The translations under genes and the position numbers were made by a program. A stretch of DNA of 64,000 bases from Aplysia californica. Its lineage: Eukaryota. The stretch spans positions 79,697-143,696 of the forward strand of contig NW_004797758.1 of assembly GCF_000002075.1 (NCBI RefSeq), in the 5' to 3' direction. This document shows positions 53,301-64,000 of the stretch, one piece after another. The notes beneath the pieces are model-generated. The model was not told where the DNA came from. It was given only the letters and a program-made list of their open reading frames with translations, and did no database searches. Position 1 is the stretch's first letter. Each line of letters starts with the position of its first letter.

Positions 53301-56300
53301 CAAACAGCAACTAAGATTCATTTAGAAATTCTATAAACATCTCATAAATGATACACATTAGACAGTGCCCATTTTGTCCAGTTTGGCAAATAATCTCCAT
53401 TTTCCTAGACCTTCTCTTCAGATGACTTTTTTCTGCAGGCCCATCACTGAAAAATCCAGAACCAAGCACAACCCTCCTTTAAACACCTAAATTGAAGAAA
53501 GGACCTAACACATTCAAATGGTATTAAAATGTCTCTCAAGTGGACTAAGCGCCACGTCACATAGATACAGCTGGAGATCATAGCGCAGAGCAGTTGTATT
53601 GAGTATTGAGCCATTTCCACAAAAAATGAAAACATTTGGTTGATGGTCAAAAACTGTAATAAAAGCCATTCTGAATCCTAATTAAAGCAAAAATCATTCT
53701 TTTCAAACAAGTAATCCAACGACTCCTACCTTGCAACCGTGTCCTCACTGTGTCGAGTGGGTAAAAGACTGAGATAGCAACCACACTGCCCTGTGGACAA
53801 CACAAAATTGGAAGTGTTATAAAACAGAAATTGCAATCCAACACATCAGAAAATGTTCACTCTTTCACTTACCGTCTTATTCAGAGTCACCAACCGAACA
53901 CCTACTGCTCACACTACTGTGAAAATACTTTATTCATAATCCACATCTCAATTCTTTTGATGATGTTGTAGGTCGGTAGGTATGTTTTTTTGTTTTTTTT
54001 AATTGTTTTACGTCTTGGGCCAAATAAAAGCAAACCATTTTGACAGACGTGTGAAAACAGCACAAATTATAAATGCCAACACATAAATCAAAAACCTTTT
54101 TGTGTTGTTAACAATGTTTTCATTTTTTTAAATAGTAAAGGTCGTATACTTTATTTTCAAGGGTTAAAAAAACGATTTTTATATAAGTAGTTGAGATAGG
54201 ACAGGGGAAATGAATAGTTTCCTTTGATATAATTTGATGATGTTGAAGACCTTGACAAGGCTGGCAAGCTGTTCCCTCTGTCACACGGCATGAATCTTAT
54301 AGTAGAATATCACTTTTCTGCTATCAGTTTGCTTAAATTAAAAAACCCAGCAATACTTAACATGCATTTTACATAAATTTACTTTCACCCCATCACACAG
54401 ATGACAATGACTAATGAAAATCTTAATTCATCTCAAAGGGAGAAATTTGTCTCGGTCATTTACAATGGCAGTGGATGTTATAAAGGTTAGGTGCACTCAC
54501 ACACGCAACAAGACAGGACATGGTATTAGAAATATATCTTTTACATATGCTGAAACAACCTGCTCCGTAAAACATTCTCACTATCAGTATCTCTCCTCTC
54601 TCTGTTTCATTTCTAGCACTGCGCGTTTAGTAACCTTACTGTAGTTGGTACAAAAGAATTTCAATATCTGTCTGTTCCTGGTTTTTTTTAAAATGTATAT
54701 ATATATATCGCTTACTGAGGGTCGATGATTGAAATTCCAGTGTCGGTGGGTGGCTATGGTCACTTAGCATTATTTCTGCCTTTCTTATCTAAAGTGTTCG
54801 TCTTTTGAAAATATTCAAAGTTATAGGTCTCTATCAACTGTTCTTGATGCCTTTGTATGATATACTGTCTTCCCAAGTTGAGAAATAACAAAATTTATCA
54901 AAGTTCCTATTGAGGAAGTGTTGAACATCTGATGCACTGCTTTAGGCATCAAACTGCTGTTAAGTAATATACATCTGGCCACTAAAACTGTCGCCGACAA
55001 TTTTTAAAAAAAAAAATTTCAAACCTTTCTGCAAAACATCAAACTATATCGGGAAAAAACGAGGGGCATGTATGAACCTCAGGACCACAGGGGACATCAT
55101 GTATTGTATGAACCTCGGCATGCCCCCACGATTGGTCCAAAACCTAAAAATAACTCTATGCGAAAACGTGAAACAGTATAGGTTAACACTATCAACACTA
55201 TTTTTAGGCAGGTTATTTGAAAGAGGAGGGACCTCCGAGTTTTAACGTCCATCTCCGAAAGGATCGAAAATTACATGCAATTATTAGGTTTTAAAGTGTG
55301 AACATGGTTCAAATAAAAACCATCTGATATTTTGACTATGGAAGGACTTCCATAACGGGGGTAACCAGTCACTTAGTCACACAGCCATCTCGTCACACCC
55401 CAATTATGTGTAACGAAATGACTTCCATTCTCTTCAAAATTGTTATGCTAGTGGAGTTTTGGAGGATCAGCCTAAAGCTTTTTTGAAGTTATATATACAT
55501 TTTTATTACTAATGTAAATTAAATGTTCGTCAAAACTGTTCCATAGTTGAACCATAGTTGAACAATTGTTTAAATAAGGCAAAAACAATGTCTGGTAAAG
55601 AGTTAAAAATTAAGGCTTTATGTTTGAAAGTAAGGGTCTAGCTTTTAGCTAAATCACAGTACCGTACACTTCTATACTAATTTATTTTTAACAGAACTAA
55701 TCCAATCCTCAACCCTAACCCTCTATTCTATAGAGGCCTATTATTCTATCTAGATCTGGATCTATTTATAGTGGTCACTCGTTAGGGAATTTCTCCCTCG
55801 ATTACTATTAATTTTTAATTTGTGACGAATTACGTCAATATTCATATAAAACAGATAAAAATGAACTAGAAAAGGGTTTTACTGGCTGACTAAATACTTA
55901 GAGTAGAGGAAGTGGTGTCTGCGCTACCCTAAGCATAAAAAGTGACCTTGCCAGTTCCCGGTGAGAGAGGAGGTAACCCCACAATAACTGATGAGAAGCA
56001 AATTTCGTCTGCTATCGTCGGCCCAGGGCGCTATGCCTGCTTTGTTTGCCTGTCTCCCTCAGTAGTGGCATTTGTGAGGCAAAGTGAGGGCGGGTGTGTG
56101 CGACAATGAGCGGGGGTGCGCGTTCCTGCTTGAAGGTGGTGCGTTTTATGGAGGGGCTGCGCCCTAGGATAGGGCGGGTCTTGCACCATGCCCTAATAAC
56201 GTTTTACTATGAATCTTATAGGCTAACGTATAATTTTCTAACCACAAAGGAGGAAATATTCTTACAAATTACACAGGAGTAAAGTTACAAGTGGAACTCA

Positions 56301-58775
56301 ATTTTTATGTATAGCCAAAAGAGAAAGAAAAAAAAAAATAACGGACGCCAACACTTACAATGGAAACAGTAATCTATTAGTAAGTCTAGATAACTTGGAA
56401 AATCAGGAATTAAATTATATAAAAGAACTGCAAAATACATTACATGTGGATTTAAACGCACATGGACAAACAAAGATAATGTTCACACTAATAGTATGAT
56501 GAAACAAATTGGGATGGGGAGATTAGTCAACACAGCAAAAGAGCTCGATGTCCATGGCATCCAGGTCTTCCAGAGTTTTGTCCTTCAGGTCCATCTGTTT
56601 GACACAGTCGACTGTAATATTCCCGCAATCGTCGGAGCTGTCGTCATACACCGGCTCTTCTCCTGAGTCAGAGGAATCTTCATCCTCTTTCTTCTTCTGT
56701 GAGGCCATAACCAAAGCATTCATCTTCTTCTCCTGAATTCTCCTCTTTCTCCTTTGATTTGCCTGCTCCCCTTGTTTTTTCTTCTTTTTGGCGTTCCTTC
56801 TTGTCTTCAGCTTGCGCTAGCTGTTCCATCTTTTTCTGCTCCCTTTGCTTCTTCCTCTCTTCCTTCTGCTGCTGTTCTTCTTCCGCCTTCCTCTTCTTCG
56901 TGAGCACCATCTCTTTCTTGTCATTTCCACTGATGGACGGTGGCACAGGTGGCCGAGCCCTTCTAGCAGCCTAGTTCTTTGAACATCACGGCAACGTGAG
57001 CACCTTGTCGATAGTCATCTGCCTGGAGGGGGTCTGAGGTTCCAGGCTCTTGCTGATGGCTGGGAGAGCAGAAGAGCCAGTTGTTCAATATTGTCCATCA
57101 GAATGGACCACATGTTGTAGTCGGGGTCGATCTTGGGGTACAGGTCTCCCTTCTCCTCCCCAAGCTTAAAGTTCATGGAGCATATTTCCTTGAGTCGATG
57201 ACGACGAGTTTGTGACGTCCTGGATGGGGCAGAGGCAGACGAAGTGGGTGACAAGTGGAGGGTAGGGACAGGGGACCTTGTGAAGGTGCAGCTGGGTTCA
57301 GCTTGTCACTTGTGAGGACAACGTCAGGGTTGTAGGGAAACTGCCCTGACTTGGTGAATCCCCTCATGGCTGTTTCCGTCCGAGCTGCTGGTCCAGAGGC
57401 TGTGTCAGGTGGCTGGTGTGGGCCTTGATGCAATAGAATATTACCCCATTCTCGTTGCAGAGGTCTGAGACGCGAAACCCCGCCATACCAGACGCCATGT
57501 CGGCACTGCGCGTCTACCCCCCATCCATCCCCTCAGAGAGGCAGAGCGGCTCCATGCTTCGCTTTGCACTAATGCTACACGCACAACACACTGCTGTGTG
57601 TGTAGTACAGTGGAATCCTGTTATAACGAAAAGGAGGGGACCGGAGCAAAATGTCCGTTATAGCAAGATTCTCGCTATAAGGGATCCAGTAATAAATTCA
57701 AGGGAAACTGTAAAATAGGCCAAATCTATGATTTTGTGGTTCTGTTTGTTTCCTTTTGATATCTCCCCTGATGATGATTTGGTTTCAACATGACCTTTAG
57801 GTCTTACGTGATCAAAAATCAAATCAGGTTTCTTTCTCTAGCGCTAGATCTAGCGATGTTGACTGACAGCTCGGCGTTGGCAATCAGAAAGAAAGGGCTC
57901 TCGGCTAACTCGCCCGCTGTGTTTTCCCCCACCCCACCACACCCTGTGGTGCGTTCCGCCAGCTTGCGCTCGTCACTAATTCGCTCCATCCATTACATTG
58001 CTGTGACCTCTCCATCCCCGCATCAGAGAAGTGAGAGGAATGGTAGGCCTTGATCATCTAAACTAGGCTTACACTGGCCTATCACGCGATGCGTTCTGCT
58101 TGTCACCCTCCCTACTCAGTCGCTCCGGCCTTCATTGTTGACAAACATTGGCTCTCCCATTCTTAGTTTCGCTAGATCACCAACAAGTTTCTCAACTGGC
58201 GAGGTTTTACATTATGCATGTATAATTGGCCTATGCATTGTGCACAGCAGCAGCAATATTCCGCTATAACCGACTCGCGTGTCCGTCTGACTGTGCTATT
58301 TATATAGCAGTATTTTATTTACAAAGGTAAAGAAAGGAAAAAAACGGGGTTTTAGAATAGTGTCTTTATAACAGACTTCTCGTTTTTTCCGGACTCGTTA
58401 TAAGTGGCTCCACTGTACAAGTATACACATCTTCATAAAATGCATTGACAGCCTTACAACTGCAGGTCGATGCATTGTTAGAATACGTAATCAGCAAGCC
58501 TTGAAATAATTTACCTCTGTGTACGTGCAGTAAGCAACCATATCGACCAACCAAAGATCTCGTGCCACAGGAAAGGACGCTGTCGGGCGTTGATAAATGC
58601 GAGAACACTCTAGCACGTCTCAATTGGTTCATACCACAGGGTTGGCGCGCTGACCCCCCTGTCGCACAACCTCGTCGCTACTCTAGGCCTACATTAAGAT
58701 TTCTGCAGGTCTCTGCATATCTCTCAACTTATCTCTCTCCCTCCCTGTCACTCTCACCACCCTCCTTCTGTAGTG

Positions 58776-58818
<43 letters not shown>

Positions 58819-61800
58819 CCTCTTTCCCAAGGCAGGGTAACAAACGCAAAAGTCCCCATTTTGTAACACATACCACTATTAAATTCTTCTTCTTCTCCTT
58901 CCTCTACTCCTTGTATTTCTTCATCTTCTTCTTGTTCTCCTCCTCCTCCTCCTCCATCTACTATTTCTGATCCTCCTCCTTTTTCTTTTATTCATTTTCT
59001 TCTTCATCTATGAGGGCTCCAAACCCGCTGTGAGAAGGAAGATGACGGTCCAAGGCGTGAAACTGAAACGGGGAATTCCCAGAGTACAGTAAGCCTACTT
59101 AATGTATTCATGAGTCAAATGTTCAGCCAATCGTAGCCCGGTTTACGCTCTCTGTTCAGTAGTCGCATGTTTTAACTCCAATGGCTTCCAGGGCTCCTTT
59201 CCGCAGTTCCCTGTTGCAGTGCTGTGGCAGTCTGGAATCCCATAACACATTGTTACAAAAGTTATTCGATAACTTTCTATTATCAAAGATCGTTCATAAG
59301 AAGACAGCTCTAGTTCACTTGGCCAAAAAAGTGTCGGCAGAAGTCCGCGCCTTAGTTCAGATATGGTGCTGGAGTCTTTGTTTTGAAGAGCGCTGCACTT
59401 TTTCGAAAAAGGCGCCACTGGATTTTCAGTGTCAACATGGACATGTGACTCAGCCTTGTTGTGATTGGCTGCAAACCACTTGATTGCGCGATTCGCAGGC
59501 CTGAAAACAAACGCCTTTGTTTCTGTAGGTCACCGACCAAGTCGATCGGTTTGTGCCACGATGGCCGCTTTGCGCCCTCAATTTGGCTACCCCCAGCTAC
59601 CCGATCGGCCCGACTCGACCCGATCGCGTATGTGGGCACCCCCTATAGCCGTACTTAAGTAGATCGGCACTCTTTGGGAGAAGAGGTTCCGACCTAACTC
59701 CATACACGTTTATATACACAAAATCGGAAACAAAAACGGAAGTCGAGAAAAAAAACTGAACTGAGTGGCTTGCCAAATCTATTTGAGACTATTTCTGAAT
59801 TTTAACATTTTTTTAAAGTGTGCGGAGAACAATTTTGGCACTAAAAACTGCCACAAACCATTATTTTGTGAATTTAGCAGGGGGCGAGACCCTGTAACCC
59901 TCCCCTTTTTTTTACCCTACATGATGTCATTCCATGCGGTACCTCCAAAGATTCTCTACTGTATCATGTATATATACACGATCTTTGGTACCTCCACGGC
60001 CTTATATAAAAATAGTCTGTGGGTATCCCAGGAAGTGATGACATCACATAACTAAAATTAGCAGCCAATCAGGAAGATGCGTCGTTCTACATTTAGTCGC
60101 ATGTGGCTAAAGTACGGCTAGCCACTTACTTCGTAGTAAAAGTAAAGGCCACCTTTATTCTCATCCCGGGTGACAATAACCCATGTCTCGCTATTCTCCC
60201 CCCCCCCCCCCCCCCCCGGTGAGAATAGCTCCCACCCCGGTGTGGGCATGAGGCGAGGACTCGCCCCTGACCTCTCGCAGGCCGATAAAATCACCTAGGC
60301 CCTTTGAGGTTGGAAACGAATATAATTATAATGCAAAAACATTTCTCGCCTCTCCAGTAAAAAAAAAAAGGCTCACTACAAACACTACAGAGCGGGATGT
60401 GAGACCGGCCACGGGGCGGACCATTCGTTGTTTACACACTGACTTAACGATGGCTGGCCTCTCACTCTATGCCTGCACACAAGAAATGAATTATGGTTCA
60501 AGGAACAGGAGAGCGTACAAACATATGAGATACACGCACGAGACAATAAATGCTCTCGCACAACTGTAGAAGGGTTGTAAATTATTCAGACCAAATGGGC
60601 GAGGGCGTTAAATTGTGTTAAAACTAGATCTAGATATATCTAGTTTAATAATTTTTATCAGATCAAGCAATCCAAGCTCTTCCTTCATTTTCATTTTTTT
60701 TCTTTTATTCTTTCTTCTCCTATTTTTCTTGCATCTTCTGTCCCCTTCTTCTTGAACATTTGGAGTTTGGAGCCAAAAAAGAGCCAGAGAGCCAAATTAA
60801 ATTCTCCAGACCAGATGCAATCCAAAAGAGCCAAATTTGTGGGATTTTGCTAATCTGACAAGATCTAGAACATGTCTAGATCTAGATATAATATTCCGAT
60901 TCAGCACCAGCACTAATCCTGTGGAGCATCAGCCCCAGTAACCTCAGCCCTTAGCCTTTTATACAATTTCCGGTGAAACAAGGGAGGGGGTGAGAATAGC
61001 GAGACATGAACATAGGAAGTCTAGACTAAATCTAGATTCTAGCTAGATTTTCTAGATCTAGATTCTAGAGACTAGGGTTAAGGCCACCTCTATTCTCACC
61101 CCGGGTGAGAATAGCGCAGGCGAGTCTTTTGGCTATTCTCACCCGGTGGGCGTTCACCGTTATAGCCTAGGCCAACCAGTGAAACGTTCAACCCTGAACC
61201 ACAGAATTCTACACTGTGATAACAGAATTATAGAATTCTGTGCTGTGAACAAACGTTCTAGATCTATTACTACTGTTAGTGTTAGCCTAAAAGCGTGCAA
61301 TTTTGTCTGTGGGCAGTGGAGAGAGAGAAAGAGAGAGAGAGAGGAGTAGCACGAGAACTTCCGGGCAAAACAAAATGGCAACCCGCGTAGTTCGGCTCGA
61401 TTCGGAAGTTAAATATCCGTAGCATCTTTATAGACAACCAAATTAATTTAGTTTTCTTAGTGTAAAATCATTTTTTAACTTTGTTTTGGTCAATTTGATT
61501 GTCCACACCGATAGACAGATTCAGAAAGAGACAGAGAGAGAGAGAGGGGAGGAGTAGATCTTGCGAGAACTTCCGGGCAAAACAAAATGGCTTCCTGCGT
61601 AGTTCGGCTTGATTCGAAAAGTGAAATAGCCATAGCATCTTTGAAGACGATCAAATTAGCTTACTTTCGTGCTATAACGTAATTTTTTCTTGGCTTTTAT
61701 CAATTTGATCATCCACACCGATAGACAGTATTCCAAAATGAGGAAAAAACAGGTCTTGTTTCACACCGGGTGAGAATAGCCTACGCTGGCAAGTCTCACC

Positions 61801-62331
61801 CGGGGTGAGAGGTAGATCGTACTATTCTCACCCCGGGTGAGAATAGTCACTTCCTAGGGTTAATTCTCTCACCCCGAATAACCACTTCCAAAAGTAAAAG
61901 AAATGACTAGACTCTAGTAGTCTAGATCTAGTTTTTTATACAAAGTGGGGGAGTGTCTTATACTCTTAGGGGATACATTGTGCACATTTAATTTTACTCA
62001 CTGTTGCTCCTGACACTGCATGAACGAGGTTGGAGTAGGTAAATAAGTTCGACAATCCAACACCACCCTGCTCTGGCTCCTTTTTTTCCGATACAACAAC
62101 TGGAACGACATCAGCATACTGGCGGTATGGCTTGGAATTCACTTCTGGTACACATAGAGATATTGATCTACGTCCTGGACCCATTTTGCTTTCATAGGGT
62201 AAACCAAGCTGTCCACTGATGACTATCTTTATCTGTTTTCCTGTAGAAGTAGATCTAGATCCTAGAAGGTGATACCGGGTGTTGTTACTAGGACGCTGTA
62301 CTGACCACTGTTCCGTCTCTCTTTTGGTCAT
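38391..62331 (-). CDS. SLC25A17: Peroxisomal membrane protein PMP34 (mitochondrial carrier family)
   Basis: Exons (minus): 62331 or 62184-62002, 53790-53730, 53064-52998, 50408-50254, 43761-43618, 42024-41876, 40861-40763, 39560-39499, 38535-38391. They are GT-AG, phase-consistent and give 354 or 403 aa. PMP34 signatures: [110 protein letters not shown]. Confidence 0.95.
39979..40686. mobile_element. TTAA-flanked (piggyBac-like) MITE in SLC25A17 intron 7
   Basis: TTAA|CACATTACACCCTAA ... TTAGGGTGTAATGTG|TTAA, a perfect 15-bp TIR. Confidence 0.85.
42770..43617. repeat. 29-bp minisatellite derived from the SLC25A17 exon 5 / intron 5 junction
   Basis: Unit CACATACCTATGATCCCTGTTACACCCGA (period 29, e.g. 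43261, 43290, 43319). About 15 well-conserved units at 43170-43617 and older diverged units at 42770-43170. Confidence 0.92.
44710..44890 (-). mobile_element. Second SINE-like family sharing the same 3' tail (representative copy)
   Basis: Tail GTTTTAC.GCGCTCGCAAC..AAGGTCATATGAG followed by a purine-rich body ending in CACACCAGAGCACC..CCAACC. Related copies at about 1300-1470, 43838-43980, 45260-45410, 47257-47420 and 48185-48330. Confidence 0.6.
47891..48059 (-). other. Diverged tandem duplicate of SLC25A17 exon 4 (alternative exon or pseudo-exon)
   Basis: Translates to [40 protein letters not shown], against exon 4 [40 protein letters not shown]. It has an acceptor, a phase-1 donor and no stop codon. 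Confidence 0.85.
49602..49852. mobile_element. Short MITE with about 30-bp imperfect TIRs
   Basis: CTCTGCTGTGCCTAGGCAGACGACGTATCT ... AGATACGTCGCTCTGCCTTGGCATGGCAGA. Confidence 0.55.
50515..51000. mobile_element. MITE family A copy interrupted by a 53-bp retroposon tail
   Basis: The insert at 50535-50587 is flanked by the 13-bp TSD ACATAGCGGTGGA (50522-50534 and 50588-50600). Confidence 0.75.
56523..57370 (-). pseudogene. Remnant of a pogo-like (DDE_1) transposase C-terminus
   Basis: [22 protein letters not shown] resembles the post-catalytic SGF..TG..P.N motif. It is followed by a K/E/Q-rich coiled segment and an acidic patch. Frameshifted, with no splice structure. Confidence 0.5.
57608..58415. 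mobile_element. pogo/Tigger-type MITE
   Basis: TA|CAGTGGAATCCTGTTATAACGA ... TCGTTATAAGTGGCTCCACTG|TA. Confidence 0.8.
60145..61885. repeat. Repeat complex with palindromic TATTCTCACCCCGGGTGAGAATA motifs and an internal direct duplication of about 220 bp
   Basis: Motif clusters at about 60145-60245, 61082-61150 and 61760-61880. Direct repeats at about 61318-61518 and 61530-61727. Confidence 0.65.
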
Positions 62332-62399
62332 TTAAATAGCAAGTCGACTAAACTAAATGACTAAATGAACTATAGATCTAGGCTAGATCTATGTTCAGA

Positions 62400-63050
62400 A
62401 TATTTTTAATGAAACCATTACCTCCACTAAAAAACACTCCCACACCCAGATGTTTAATAACAAGTAACATGAATTATATTATAACATATTTCAGGTCAGT
62501 TTTCTCCTTTTTCTTTTGCTTTAAAAACAAAAATCAGTTTTAACTAAGTCTAAGTAATAAGCCAACAAGTGTATTTTCGGTAATTAGCTTGACACTTGAC
62601 ATTTCAAAATTATGAGCTGCATTGATAAGGTTCAAAATAAAAATACTTTTCAAAGCCAAATATGATCATGCATTCATAAATTAGTAATCGTATCTCATTT
62701 TATTGGATTACTTGTGGATCTTTAAAAGATGAGTCTACCTATCACTGATATTGTATAATATAGTTTACAGCTACAATTTGATCTGTAATTCAGTTAATAT
62801 GTTTTTATTTTGCCAAGAAACTCCTCGCTTCCTACTTCCTACTTCCGGGAACAATCAAAACTGAAAGTAGGATTTGTTTACAACTTTCAACGGTGGAAGA
62901 TCACACGTGGTTCTTGTGTATGGATGGAATTTCATTCAGCTGATTGAGACCAACAGCACTAAAAGATGAGCCGACTAAAAACTAGGTGCGCACTTGTTGT
63001 TTTTATTGTTAGATTTAGATAAAAGTGTTTGTGGTAAATGCGAGTAGGCC
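62400..63050. promoter_or_regulatory. Probable SLC25A17 promoter, possibly bidirectional
   Basis: Lies upstream of exon 1. Tandem CTTCCTACTTCCTACTTCCGG (ETS-like) near 62828 and CACGTG at 62904. Confidence 0.4.
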
Positions 63051-63057
63051 CTATTAT

Positions 63058-63265
63058 ACTAGATTCTAGATCTAGATCTAGATTCTAGATCTAATCTAGA
63101 TATTAGATATAGATCTAGATCTAGATCTAGATCTAGACTATATTTACTAGCCTAGGGCCTCTTGGCTCTAGGGCTAGATTTCTAGATCTAGATTCTAGAT
63201 ATAGATCTATCTAGATCTAGATCTAATCTAGATTCTAGATCTAGATGTAGATATAGATATCTAGT
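63058..63265. repeat. (TCTAGA)n palindromic simple repeat
   Basis: Seen directly. Similar clusters at 8605-8700, 29390-29540 and 60860-61075. Confidence 0.9.
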
Positions 63266-64000
63266 TCCGTTCGTTAAAGTCCACAATCCATTTGTTTACT
63301 TCCAGAGAAGAAATCCAGAAGTCTTGAAGACCAAATACTAGAATCTAGTAGTCTTAATCTAGATTCTATTTGAATTAGGCTACACAAAGAGCAGGGATGC
63401 AACCTAACTGCAAAACATCAAATTAGGATAAAATTCAGGGGAGCATGCCCCCTTGAACCCCCCCACCTCCATATTTTTATTAGGTCAGGGGGGCAAGCCC
63501 TGAAACCCCCCTACTCTTGACTTTAACGAACGAAACTACAAAATCGCCCTAGAATCTAGACTAGATCTAGATTAGATCTTTGTGACTTTGTGAGGACCCG
63601 CAGGTATCAGGATCAGCTGCGTTCTGCACTTCACATTTCGTCCTTGCATTTATAACCGTAGATCGGCACTCACAATTGGGTACCCAATTGCCATTAATTG
63701 CGGGTGTACAACTTGACTTAAGAATCTGGGTCCCGTTTGGGGATAGTAGGCCTAGATCTACAAGTTTTGACCTCAACGAAAATTAGATCTAGATTCTAGA
63801 TCTACTTCTGGTTCTGAACGATTACTTTTTGATACACGTGCTGATAGGCCTGAGGAGAGATAGCCTATAATAGCGGCCTATAGTTCAAACCTAATAATTG
63901 CAAAACATCAAATTATGGTCAAATTCAGGGGGGCTTTCCCCCCTGAAACCCTCCACCCTATTTTTATTAGGTCTGGCCTGAAACTAGATTCTAAACCCCC

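Noticed and set aside
58990-60100. GC-richer stretch with several short overlapping ORFs
   Set aside because: No recognisable domain or splice chain; probably an unclassified TE interior.
61072-61863. 10-bp TSD CTAGGGTTAA around the palindromic repeat
   Set aside because: Repeat motifs continue beyond the second copy, so it may be internal structure and the boundaries are unresolved.
62966-62985. First coding exon of a divergent plus-strand gene (ATGAGCCGACTAAAAACTAG|GTGCG)
   Set aside because: Too short, with a weak donor and no downstream exon in the window to support it.

Overview
This is AT-rich animal genomic DNA with introns, from an invertebrate and probably a mollusc (inferred from the repeat content). 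It has one 100-N gap. Three spliced genes were rebuilt by hand from GT-AG sites with consistent reading phases. (1) Minus strand, 9218 to beyond the left edge: an intron-rich gene derived from a Gypsy/Ginger-type integrase. It keeps the HHCC zinc finger, has lost the DDE catalytic residues, and starts a second integrase module at an identical intron position. (2) Plus strand, 15546-26076, head-to-head with gene 1: a JmjC dioxygenase with an intact HxD...H triad and an N-terminal IQ-like/TPR-like region. (3) Minus strand, about 62331/62184-38391: the peroxisomal carrier SLC25A17/PMP34, with an N-terminal extension, a diverged duplicate of exon 4 and a minisatellite built from an amplified splice donor. 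Mobile DNA includes a full-length RTE LINE (12-bp TSD, highly structured 5' UTR), a decayed hAT element with a 6-bp TSD, tRNA-derived SINEs, several MITE families and a pogo-like transposase remnant. The best leads are the domesticated tandem pseudo-integrase gene, the candidate ribozyme at the RTE 5' end, the duplicated PMP34 exon and the decoy splice-donor array.
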